In this document: positions 1-10,589 of the stretch, in pieces | Numbering within the stretch: the first letter of the stretch is position 1 | Layout: each line of letters opens with the position of its first letter | Assembly: GCF_046119375.1 (NCBI RefSeq) | Contig: NW_027362772.1 | Coordinates: 306,156,001-306,208,087 of the forward strand | Direction of reading: 5' to 3' | Length of the DNA stretch: 52,087 bases | Source of the DNA: Phyllobates terribilis | Lineage: Eukaryota | Position numbers and translations under genes: made by a program | The notes under the pieces: generated by a model | Told to the model about the DNA's origin: nothing | Database searches by the model: none | The model's input: the letters and a program-made list of their open reading frames with translations, nothing else

Positions 1-237
1 GATGCGTCTGCTTTGCCGCTGCTGCGCCTGCTACTGATGCGTCTGCTTTGCCGCTGCTGCGCCTGCTACTGATGCGTCTGCTTTGCCGCTGCTGCGCCTG
101 CTACTGATGCGTCTGCTTTGCCGCTGCTGCGCCTGCTACTGATGCGTCTGCTTTGCCGCTGCTGCGCCTGCTACTGATGCGTCTGCTTTGCCGCTGCTGC
201 GCCTGCTACTGATGCGTCTGCTTTGCCGCTGCTGCTG
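1..237. repeat. 35-bp minisatellite, ~6.7 copies, truncated by window edge
   Basis: Unit GATGCGTCTGCTTTGCCGCTGCTGCGCCTGCTACT starts at 1, 36, 71, 106, 141, 176, 211. Confidence 0.97.
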
Positions 238-3011
238 CCGTGGTTCGGTTTCTCCATGTAATGTTGGGGAGGGCTGGAGCATGAATGCTCTTACCGCAGT
301 CCACTCTCATTTTCAAATGAGGCGTCCCGCACAGCCTTCTCTCTGCCTCCACTGGAAGCGAAGATATCACTTTCGGTTCAGGTCACTCGGCACACTATTC
401 ATCAGGACACGTCATCTTGTGGCACGTCCAGTCCACTTCACTCGGCACGCTCATCATCATCGTGGGCTGTATGCATAACTGAGCTGGCTCGGAGGACCAA
501 AACCCTCTACTGCCAGTTCCCCTTCACTTGGCGCGCTCATCGTCAGGATGCACCATCTTGTGGCGTGCTGTGCACAGACCCAAGCAGGCATGACGGACAG
601 AGATCATCCTGGAGCCTCCGCCGCTCGCCTACAGCACCAGCATTCAAGCCCTGTGGTGACGCCTCCGGGACCCAGCACACTGGTGCCACGGCCAGGTAAA
701 CCGCTCTTCCAGCCACTGGGTCAGGCCTGGGACCTTCTATCATCTTGAGGTCTCCCAAGGTCTCAAAACCAAACTGATTTAGGGGAGAGGTGCCGGCCTT
801 TTATTTCAGTGGGTTTACTGTACTGGATGAGCGGATCCTCGCTCAGGTTGTGCTGTCTTGGGTGAAGGGAAAACGCTTATTCCCGGGGATGTAATTATGG
901 AGGTAGCAGGTGTGAGAACGTCTCTGGTGGAAGCAGCAGCCGGTGTCCCCCCGGGAGGGCGCTCTGCGGAGAAGGATGACGGATGCAGCAGAGCCCACAC
1001 CGCGCACTGGAGAAAATACGCAGCATGTGGGGATACAAACACAGTGACACCGGGCAGCCGGCCGCAGGCAGACCTTCCAATATGCCACAGACCCCCAGGA
1101 GCAAAACAACCATGAAATAATTTATAACAAACCACAGAGAGAACTTTTTTTTTAAGTAACTTTTCTTTTTAGAACTTGTGGTTTTTGTTGTTTTTTGCAC
1201 TAAATTCCTCAAAATCGTGCAAGCGGCTTGTGAATTTTGCAGCATATCAAAAATTACCTTTTTCTTTAACAAAGGGCGGCGTGATCGGGGCGGGCAGCAT
1301 ACGGGCCATGGTGGCTCTGCGTCTCTGTGGTGGTCTGTGGGGCTATGATCCTAGAGATCTCCTTTTAGGGGCCCTATGAGTAAATCTATTGCACCATCGA
1401 CCAGATGCAAATTCCGCCTGCGACATTTGCATGGGATTACATGACACTTTGGTGCAGAGAGCATCCGGCAGGAACAGATCACAGGTCACAGCGATAATGG
1501 GGGGGGGGGGGTGACAGGAAGGGTCATAGGACAGAGGACAGGCAGCCTCTCCCCCATACAAGGACCCAGCCCAGCACAAAATCCAACCTCCACCACAAGG
1601 GGTTAAACAAGACAATATCATCTAATATCGGAGGACTGGAGGGCTCATCCATGATACAGGAGCATGTGTCATCCAAAACAACCAATCAATTCCTGATTAC
1701 AAGATCTCTGATTGCGGTCAGTCAAGAAGCACTTTTCTGCTTACAGTCCTGATTTAGTCTTGCTCACAGCTGAGGGTTTGGTACAATTGTATCCAGTCCG
1801 GACAATTCTCTGCCACATAATCCATTTGGGTTCATAGAACATATAAACCCTCATTCAAGACATACAGTACACTGGTCACCGGACTGCCGCCAGTGAGGTC
1901 ACCGGACTGCCGCCAGTGAGGTCACATTAGATTACATGTTTTCATGCAGTGTAACAGCCGCTAATCAGGGGAATAAATTGGGAATGACCGAACTGCCGGA
2001 TCCATTCTGCTCTGTAGGTCTCTGTTTACACATCGGCATAAACACAAAATGTGCAGGGAAAGAGGACACTGATTTCTGCACAGGTGGGCGGCGGGGCAGG
2101 AAATCTCACGCTGCAAATCTCCACAATGCAGACAAAAAGCCGTACGGAAATGATCCCGCCAGTCCTGTTCGTGTCAGCGGTGATTGGATGGATTGATATT
2201 AGTTTTAACAAGAATCTTCGCATCTGGGGAGGAGCTGAATTCAGGTGACCGGAGCGGGCGCTCCTCGCTCAATATGTCACTAACAACAGAGAGGACGCGC
2301 CCACCACCTGACAAGACGAAGGGCGCCTACCAGAGTGGAGTCTTCTGTCCCCGATGCACTGAGCAGCAAGCACGGCATTACTACAACTGTAACAAACCCT
2401 CAGCTGTGAGAAATACACGTTCTGCACAGGTTTTTCATATATTGACATTCACTGACAGCAAGCAACAATCCAAAACACATCAGTGGAGCAGGTTGTCATG
2501 ACGACAGTGACCATTTAAAAGGAGCAGTTCAGATTTGGCAACCTAAATTCCTAAATTGTGGGGGATTAACCGTATAGCTCCAGATGATTGGTGGGGGGTC
2601 CTGTCTATAGTCTACACGCCGTCCTATCACTAAGAACCTCAGCTCCGCAAAGAAAGTTACGGGGACAAAAGGAGGAATTTTTTTTTTTTTTTTTATAAAT
2701 TAAAAAAAATAAAAATGCCCCCCCCCCCCACCTTTAAAACCCCACAAGTTTGGTGTCGCCGTAGTCGCCCTGACCTGGAGAATCCGAGTCATTATCACCG
2801 CACAATTTCCAGAAAAGGAGGGAAAAAAAAACAACTAAAACACACTGGTCATGAAGGGGTTAAAGCCTCCTGCGACCCCCATAACTGCCTGTGGGGAGAC
2901 TGATGATGGGGGTTGTTGCTGTCACTGCCCGGAGCCTGTGGGGAGACTGATGATGGGGGTTGTTGCTGTCACTGCCCGGAGCACAACCCCCAGCAGAGGC
3001 AGCCGTGTTAC

Positions 3012-3082
3012 CTGAGGACCACGAAGGCCGCCAGGAGCAGCAGGCACAGGACGCCCAGCCGCCGGCGCTGCTCCCGCCTCAT
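3012..3082 (-). CDS. GLB1L2: Probable first coding exon of beta-galactosidase-1-like protein 2 (GH35 family); remaining exons lie left of the window
   Basis: ATG at 3082 gives MRREQRRRLGVLCLLLLAAFVVL(R), then AG|GTAAC donor at 3012/3011. Basic N-terminus plus hydrophobic anchor resembles human GLB1L2 RRRPARTLGLLLLVVLGFLVLR. Same strand as and downstream of ACAD8, as in human. No catalytic exon in the window. Confidence 0.62.
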
Positions 3083-3116
3083 CTCTCCGCCACCGCCACC
3101 GCCGCCGAAAACCGCC

Positions 3117-3480
3117 ACTTCCGGGTCACCATGGCAACTCCAAGCGGACCTCTCACAACAGTTGCTGATTGGATACATCAGTCCGTCCCCCTCGAAGCAA
3201 AGCGAAAGGTGTGATTGGCTGTTCTGATGAAAGCGCCGCTTTGATTGGTTGAAAGGATGTATGTGGCCTGCAGCTGTCATTGTCAATAAAGGACTTTGTG
3301 CCAAGTGTTATAAATGCCGCGGCCGGTGGCGGAGAGGAGCAGCCTCACCCTGCAGCTGCCGGCGCCCTGTCACTAGACTATACCACCAATCCGTCAATCA
3401 GCCAATCACAGCGCAGCTTACATCTTTCAAGAGCAGAATACGAAATGCAAGCTGCGCTGTGATTGGTCGCTATGGGCAAC
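3117..3480 (-). promoter_or_regulatory. Putative GLB1L2 proximal promoter (ETS, RFX X-box, CCAAT cluster)
   Basis: ACTTCCGG 3117-3124; GTCACCATGGCAAC 3125-3138; ATTGG/CCAAT at 3168, 3214, 3244, 3386, 3402, 3462; GTCGCTATGGGCAAC 3466-3480. GC-rich and directly upstream of the ATG. Motif matches only. Confidence 0.6.
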
Positions 3481-5925
3481 AAGGACCATTTTTATTTTAG
3501 ACATTTTCTAATCTAAATCTCCAAAGGGGGTAAAGACCCCGAAAACAGCAGGCGGGGAGGTCTCCCATAATACGAACCCCTAATAATGTGACAAACGGAC
3601 ATTTTTGTTTTAGTTTTACACTTCCGTTTTTCTTCCAAGACCTTTATCCTTTTCCGGTCTCCGTTGCCGTATGCGCCTGGTTCGTTGTTGTTATGAATGA
3701 CGCCGTTCATTTTACCACATAATATAGTGAAAAACGGAAGGAAAAAATCTCAGTTCGGCAGAATGGTGAAAAAAATCACCCCTCCGCCTTCGTCTTTTGG
3801 GTTTTATTTTTACGCTGTTCATTTGACAGCAAAACTGCGCCGCCGCCGCGATTCTCCAGGGCAGGACGATTCCGGCGATACCCAACATGGAGCTTATTCT
3901 TTATGTCAGTGATGAAAAAACTCAAATATTCCAAAAATAAACTTGTTTTTTTTCGCCATTTTCCGACACCCGTAAAGTTTTTATTCCCCCCCCCACACAC
4001 ACACACCCCCCGTGGACGGTGTGAGGGCCGTGTTATGGCGCGGCAAGCTGCCGTTTTTCTTCTCTTTACGTCTTTTACCGCACGAGTTAACGAATGTTAT
4101 AATTTGATTAACATCCGCAAAAGTCCCTCTATGTTTTTTTAGTATCTTTACTAAAGGGGGGATTAACATTTTTACTTTTATTTATATTTTTAGACACATT
4201 TTTGTTGCCCTTTATTTTTATTTTAATAATCCTGTCATATTACAGTCCATCAATAATTGCTTACTTTTTTATTTTATATTTTTAGACTTTTTTTTTATTT
4301 ATTATTTTAATTAATCCTGTGATAGTACAGTAGAGCAATAAGAAATTCTTTATTTTGTTTTGACAATTTTTTTTTCTCTTTTAATAATCCTGTGATATTA
4401 CAGTCTAGCGATAAGAAATTGATTACTTTATTTTATATTTTTAGACACTTTTTCCCCTTTATTATTTTAACAATCCTGTGGTATTACAGTCCAGAGAGAA
4501 ATTGCTTACATCTTTATTTTATATTTTTTAGACATTTTTTCCCTTTATTATTATTTTAATAATCCTGTGATATTATTCTTGCGATAAGAAATTGCTTACT
4601 TTATTTTATATTTTGACTTTTTTTTCTCATTATTTTAAGAATACTGTGATATTACAGTCTAGCAATAAGAAATTGCTTCTTTATTTTCTATTTTTAGAGA
4701 CTTTTTTTCCCCTTTATTATTATTATTATTATTTTAACAATCCTGTGGTATTACAGTCCAGCGAGAAATTGCTTACATCTTCATTTTATATTTTTAGACA
4801 TATTTTCTCTTCATTATTATTTTAATAATCCTGTGATATTAGTCTCGCGATAAGAAATTGCTTACTTTATTTTATATTTTGACTTTTTTTTCTCATTATT
4901 TTAAGAATACTATGATATTACAGTCTAGCAATAAGAAATAGCTTCTTTATTTTATATTTTTAGAGACTTTTTTTCCGCTTTATTATTATTATTATTTTAA
5001 CAATCCTGTGGTATTACAGTCCAGCGAGAAATTGCTTACATCTTTATTTTATATTTTTCGACATTTTTTCCCTTTATTATTATTTTAATAATCCTGTGAT
5101 ATTAGTGTTGCGATAAGAAATTGCTTACTTTATTTTATATTTTGACTTTTTTTCCCATTATTTTAATAATCCTGTGATATTACAGTCTAGTGATAAGAAA
5201 TTGCTTCTTTATTTTATATTTTTAGAATTTTTTTTTCCCCTTTATTATTATTATTTTAACAGTCCTGTGGTATTACAGTCCAGCGAGAAGAAATTGATTA
5301 CATCTTTATTTTATATTTTTAGCCTTTTTTCTTTATTATTTTAATAATCATGTGATATTACAGTCCAGCGATAAGAAATTGATTACTTTATTTTATATTT
5401 TGACTTTTTTTCCCATTATTTTAATAATCCTGTGATATTACAGTCTAGTGATAGGAAATTGCTTCTTTATTTTATATTTTTAGAAACTTTTTTCCCCTTT
5501 ATTATTATTATTTTAACAATCCTGTGGTATTACAGTCCAGCGAGAAGAAATTGCTTACATCTTTATTTTATATTTTTAGACTTTTTTTCTTTATTATTTT
5601 AATAATCCTGTGATATTACAGTCCAGTGATAAGAAACTGCTATATGGCTAAAATCACAGTATCCTATGAAGGACAGGGCAGCCATAAGGACTTTTAGTAG
5701 GCCCCCAGCCACCATAGCAAGCCAATAGCACGCCATGATTGCATCGCAGGGGCTGAGCAACGGATGCATGAAATAACCCGCCTTAAATGCCGCAGTCAGA
5801 GACCGACTGTGGAATTTAAAGGGGTTAACTCCAATCGCTACTATTAGTGGCTAATATTGGATGTATAGCATCTCCTGAGCCCGTGCCGTACACAGGCACC
5901 CGACCAGTACATCCAAGGGTTAATT
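3480..5925. mobile_element. Possible degenerate non-autonomous DNA element with an internal expanded array
   Basis: Right end CCAAGGGTTAA resembles TTAA-target element ends. Internal sequence resembles anuran non-autonomous repeats from recall only. Left terminus not identifiable. Confidence 0.3.
4200..5640. repeat. AT-rich ~85-bp tandem array (~17 units) with 3-monomer higher-order period of ~260 bp
   Basis: Core AATCCTGTG(A/G)TATTACAGTC recurs near 4228, 4313, 4386, 4472, 4563, 4641, 4740, 4828, 4908, 5003, 5091, 5169, 5261, 5347, 5428, 5519, 5605. Confidence 0.92.
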
Positions 5926-6667
5926 TAAAAAAATGGAGTAATGTGCAGCAAAACAGTTCCAGCGTAAAGTTCTTTGTTTGATGCTTTTATTTTCAGACCC
6001 TGACGACCTGTGCAGGCTTTTTATTTTTTCATGTATTCAGAGCCAAAATCCACTTGAAAACAACCCTATTTTTTGCAATTGGAAATCTGTGAAGCCAGGA
6101 TGATTGTTCCAGATCCTTCTGTATGAGCACATGAAGACTTGCTCCGCTGGACAATCCGTGCACGGACCCTCGACCACTCGCAGGAGACACTTGAGGGTCA
6201 CGGAGAATGGTGCAGATTATGATGCAATTATACGTAAGAGTTTTCCAACCTACGAAAGTCCGCCAGAATAAACCCGCCAGGTGCAGGTACCCAGCTTTCC
6301 ATGGATCCAGAGGGGCATCTGCTGCCCGCTGCGTCACAGGACTGCAGCCATTATATTCCTCAGCGGTGGGCAGGAATGTAAAGGGTTAACCCTAAGGTAC
6401 GCAGCAGGCACAGTACACAGACGGCAGTGCCAGCTCCAGTCTCAGATGCCGGCATGTGCCAGGAAAACAAGTGACACCGGTTTCCAGAGACCAAGATCAC
6501 CGAGGGAAAACCACCAGAGCGCAGAAGATCAGATAGCAAGAAGAGGAGAAATGCTGAGACATGGCGCGCGGCAGCGGCGTCTGGTATATCTGATATACTG
6601 CCTAGCGGAAGGAGGGAAGTTTCCAAATGTCGACGCTTCAGACTCCAGCGCTCGATGTTTTCATCTA

Positions 6668-8295
6668 CAGTGGGTACGAAAAGTATTCAGACCCCTTTAC
6701 ATTCTTTACTCTTTGTTTCATTGCAGCCATTTGGTAAATTCTAAAAAGTTCTTTTTTTCTCTGATTAAAGTCCACTCTGCACCCCATCTTGACTGAGAAA
6801 AACAGAAATGTAGACATTTTTGCAAATTAAAAAAGAAAAACTGAAATATCACATGGTCATAAGTATTCAGACCCTTTGCTCAGTATTGAGTAGCAGCCCC
6901 CTTTTGAGCTAGTACAGCCATGAGTCTTCTTGGGAATGATGCAACAAGTTTTTCACACCTGGATTTGGGGATCCTCTGTTGTTCTTCCTTGCAGATCCTC
7001 TCCAGTTCCCTCAGGTTGGATGGTGAACGTTGGTGGACAGCCATTTTCAGGTCTCTCCAGAGATGCTCAATTGGGTTGAGGTCAGGGCTCTGGCTGGGCC
7101 AGTCAAGAATGGTCACAGAGTTGTTCTGAAGCCACTCCTTTGTTATTTTAGCTGTCTGCTTAGGGTCATTGTCTTGTTGGAAGGTGAACCTTCAGCCAAG
7201 TCTGAGGTCCAGAGCACTCTGGAAGAGGTTTTCATCCAGGATATCTCTGTACTTGGCCTCATTTATGTTTCCTTCAATTGAAACCAGTCGTCCTGTCCCT
7301 GCAGCTGAAAAACATCCCCATAGCATGATGCTGCCACCACCATGTTTCACTGTTGGGATTGTATTGGGCAGGTGATGAGCAGTGCCTGGTTTTCTCCACA
7401 CATACCGCTTAGAATTATCACCAAAAAGTTCTATCTTCGTCTCATCAGACCAGAGAATCTTATTTCTCATAGTCTGGGAGTCCTTCATGTGTTTTTGAGC
7501 AAACTCTATGCGGGCTTTCATGTGTCTTGCACTGAGGAGAGGCTTCCTTCGGGCCACTCTGCCATAAAGGCCTGACTGGTGGAGGGCTGCAGTGATAGTT
7601 GACTTTGTGGAACTTTCTCCCATCTCCCTACTGCATCTCTGGAGATCAGCCACAGTGATCTTGGGGATCTTCTTTACCTCTCTCACCAAGGCTCTTCTCC
7701 CACGATTGCTCAGTTTGGCTGGACGGCCAGGTCTAGGAAGACTTCTGGTGGTCCCAAACTTCTTCCATTTAAGGATTATGGAGGCCACTGTGCTCTTAGG
7801 AACCTTGAGTAATGCAGAAATTCTTTTGTAACCTTGGCCAGATCTGTGCCTTGCCACAATTCTGTCTCTGAGCTCCTTGGGCAGTTCCTATGAGCTCATG
7901 ATTCACATTTGGTCTGACATGCACTGTGAGCTGTGAGGTCTTATATAGACAGGTGTGCGCCTTTCCAAATCAAGTCCTATCAGTTTAATTAAACACAGCT
8001 GGACTCCAATGAAGGAGTAGAACCATCTCAAGGAGGATCACAAGGAAATGGACAGCATGTGACTTAAATATGAGTGTCTGAGCAAAGGGTCTGAATACTT
8101 ATGACCAGGAGATATTTCAGTTTTTGTTTTTTAATAAATTTGGAAAAATTTCTACATTTCTGGATTTTTTCAGTCAAGATGGGAACAGAGTGGACTTTAA
8201 TGAGAAAAAATGAACTTTTTAGAATTTACCAAATGGCTGCAATGAGACAAAGAGTGAAAAAGGTAAAGGGGTCTGAGTACTTTTTGTACCCACTG
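6668..8295 (-). mobile_element. Full-length Tc1-family transposon, long IR/DR-type TIRs, DD34E
   Basis: TA at 6666-67 and 8296-97. ~215-bp TIRs (6668-~6882, ~8080-8295) start CAGTGGGTAC and each carries outer and inner AAGTATTCAGACCC direct repeats. Length 1628 bp. Confidence 0.96.
6880..7899 (-). pseudogene. Tc1 transposase, 340 codons, two nonsense codons, no frameshift
   Basis: ATG 7899: MSS*ELPKELRDRIVARHRSGQGYK...WSDETK...[14 protein letters not shown]...SPDLNPIE. Track ORFs 7192-7857 and 6880-7116 are in the same frame; 34 residues between D and E. Confidence 0.93.
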
Positions 8296-8540
8296 TACAT
8301 TCTGCTGCAGATAAAACAATATAATGTATAATGCATCCGCAGTCCACAACCTGCAGCAGATCCGGCTCTATGTGAGCGCGATACAACACCCATATCTCAC
8401 CCAAACACAAGGGGTCAGCACCGCTCCGAGAGACAGCTCCGCAGGGAATAGTAGTGCTGTATGCGTATTAATGAGCAGGGAAACTGATACACACCCGATA
8501 ATCCTCTATACAGTATATAAGATCTGCCTCTACTGGAGGA

Positions 8541-8707
8541 GTCACTGACATACATCACTTATCCTGTATTATACTCCAGAGCTGCACTCACTATTCTGCT
8601 GGTGCAGTCACTCTGTACATACATTATATTACTGATCCTGAGTTACATCCTGTATTATACTCCAGAGCTGCACTCACTATTCTGCTGGTGCGCTCACTGT
8701 GCACATA
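8541..8707. repeat. ~2 copies of the 86-bp repeat, inverted relative to the 13946-17555 array
   Basis: ATCCTGTATTATACTCCAGAGCTGCACTCACTATTCTGCTGGTGCAGTCAC is the reverse complement of the large-array unit. Confidence 0.93.
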
Positions 8708-10335
8708 CAGTACAGACCAAAAGTTTGGACACAGCTTCTCATTTAAAGATTTTTCTGTATTTTCATGACTATGAAAATTGTACATTCACACTGAAGGCAT
8801 CAAAACTATGAATTACCACATGTGGAATTATATACTTAACAAAAAAGTGTGAAACAACTGAAAATATGTCTTATATTCTAGGTTCTTCAAAGTAGCCACC
8901 TTTTGCTTTGATGACTGCTTTGCACACTCTTGGCATTCTCTTGATGAGCTTCAAGAGGTAGTCACCGGAAATGGTCTTCCAACAATCTTGAAGGAGTTCC
9001 CAGAGATGCTTAGCACTTGTTGGCCCTTTTGCCTTCACTCTGCGGTCCAGCTCACCCCAAACCATCTCGATTGGGTTCAGGTCTGGTGACTGTGGAGGCC
9101 AGGTCATCTGGCGTAGCACCCCATCACTCTCCTTCTTGGTCAAATAGCCCTTACACAGCCTGGAGGTGTTTGGGGTCATTGTCCTGTTGAAAAATAAATG
9201 ATGGTCCAATTAAAAGCAAACCGGATGGAATAGCATGCCGCTGCAAGATGCTGTGGTAGCCATGCTGGTTCAGTATGCCTTCAATTTTCATTAAAACCCC
9301 AACAGTGTCACCAGCAAAGCCCCCCCACACCATCACACCTCCTCCTCCATGCTTCACGGTGGGAACCAGGCATGTAGAGTCCATCCGTTCACCTTTTCTG
9401 CGTCTCACAAAGACACGGTGGTTGGAACCAAAGATCTCAAATTTGGACTCATCAGACCAAAGCACAGATTTCCACTGGTCTAATGTCCATTCCTTGTGTT
9501 CTTTAGCCCAAACAAGTCTCTTCTGCTTGTTGCCTGTCCTTAGCAGTGGTTTCCTAGCAGCTATTTTACCATGAAGGCCTGCTGCACAAAGTCTCCTCTT
9601 AACAGTTGTTGAAGAGATGTGTCTGCTGCTAGAACTCTGTGTGGCATTGACCTGGTCTCTAATCTGAGCTGCTGTTAACCTGCGATTTCTGAGGCTGGTG
9701 ACTCGGATAAACTTATCCTCAGAAGCAGAGGTGACTCTTGGTCTTCCTTTCCTGGGTCGGTCCTCATGTGAGCCAGTTTCTTTGTAGCGCTTGATGGTTT
9801 TTCCAACTGCACTTGGGGACACTTTCAAAGTTTTCCCAATTTTTCGGACTGACTGACCTTCATTTCTTAAAGTAATGATGGCCACTCGTTTTTCTTTACT
9901 TAGCTGCTTTTTTCTTGCCATAATACACATTCTAACAGTCTATTCAGTAGGACTATCAGCTGTGTATCCAACAGACTTCTGCACAACACAACTGATGGTC
10001 CCAACCCCATTTATAAGGCAAGAAATGCCACTTATTAAACCTGACAGGGCACACCTGTGAAGTGAAGACCATTTCCGGTGACTACCTCTTGAAGCTCATC
10101 AAGAGAATGCCAAGAGTGTGCAAAGCAGTCATCAAAGCAAAAGGTGGCTACTTTGAAGAACCTAGAATATAAGACATATTTTCAGTTGTTTCACACTTTT
10201 TTGTTAAGTATATAATTCCACATGTGTTAATTCATAGTTTTGATGTCTTCAGTGTGAATGTACAATTTTCATAGTCATGAAAATACAGAAAAATCTTTAA
10301 ATGAGAAGGTGTGTCCAAACTTTTGGTCTGTATTG
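8708..10335 (-). mobile_element. Full-length Tc1-family DD38E (Intruder-type) transposon, ~272-bp TIRs
   Basis: TA at 8706-07 and 10336-37. TIRs 8708-8979 and 10064-10335 start CA(G/A)TACAGACCAAAAGTTTGGACAC. Length 1628 bp. Confidence 0.95.
8871..9921 (-). pseudogene. DD38E transposase with 2-bp frameshift after QQDNDPKH
   Basis: [16 protein letters not shown]...WSDESK...FQQDNDPKH / TSRLCKGYL...SPDLNPIE. Rejoined frame gives 38 residues between D and E. Confidence 0.92.
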
Positions 10336-10589
10336 TACACTGCTCAAAAAATAAAGGGAACACTGAAATAACACCTCCTAGATCTGAATGAATGAAATCT
10401 TCTCATTGAATACTTTGTTCTGTATAAAGTTGAATGTGCTGACAACAAAATCACACAAAAATCATCAATGGAAATCACATTTATTAACCAATGGAGGCCT
10501 GGATTTGGAGTCACCCCCAAAATTAAAGTGCAAAAACACACTACAGGCTGATCCAACTTTGATGTAATGTCCTTAAAACAAGTCACAAT

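Noticed and set aside
240-2900. Further GLB1L2 exons or another gene
   Set aside because: No GH35 motif such as GGSIHYFR on the minus strand and no recognisable ORF; treated as intron 1.
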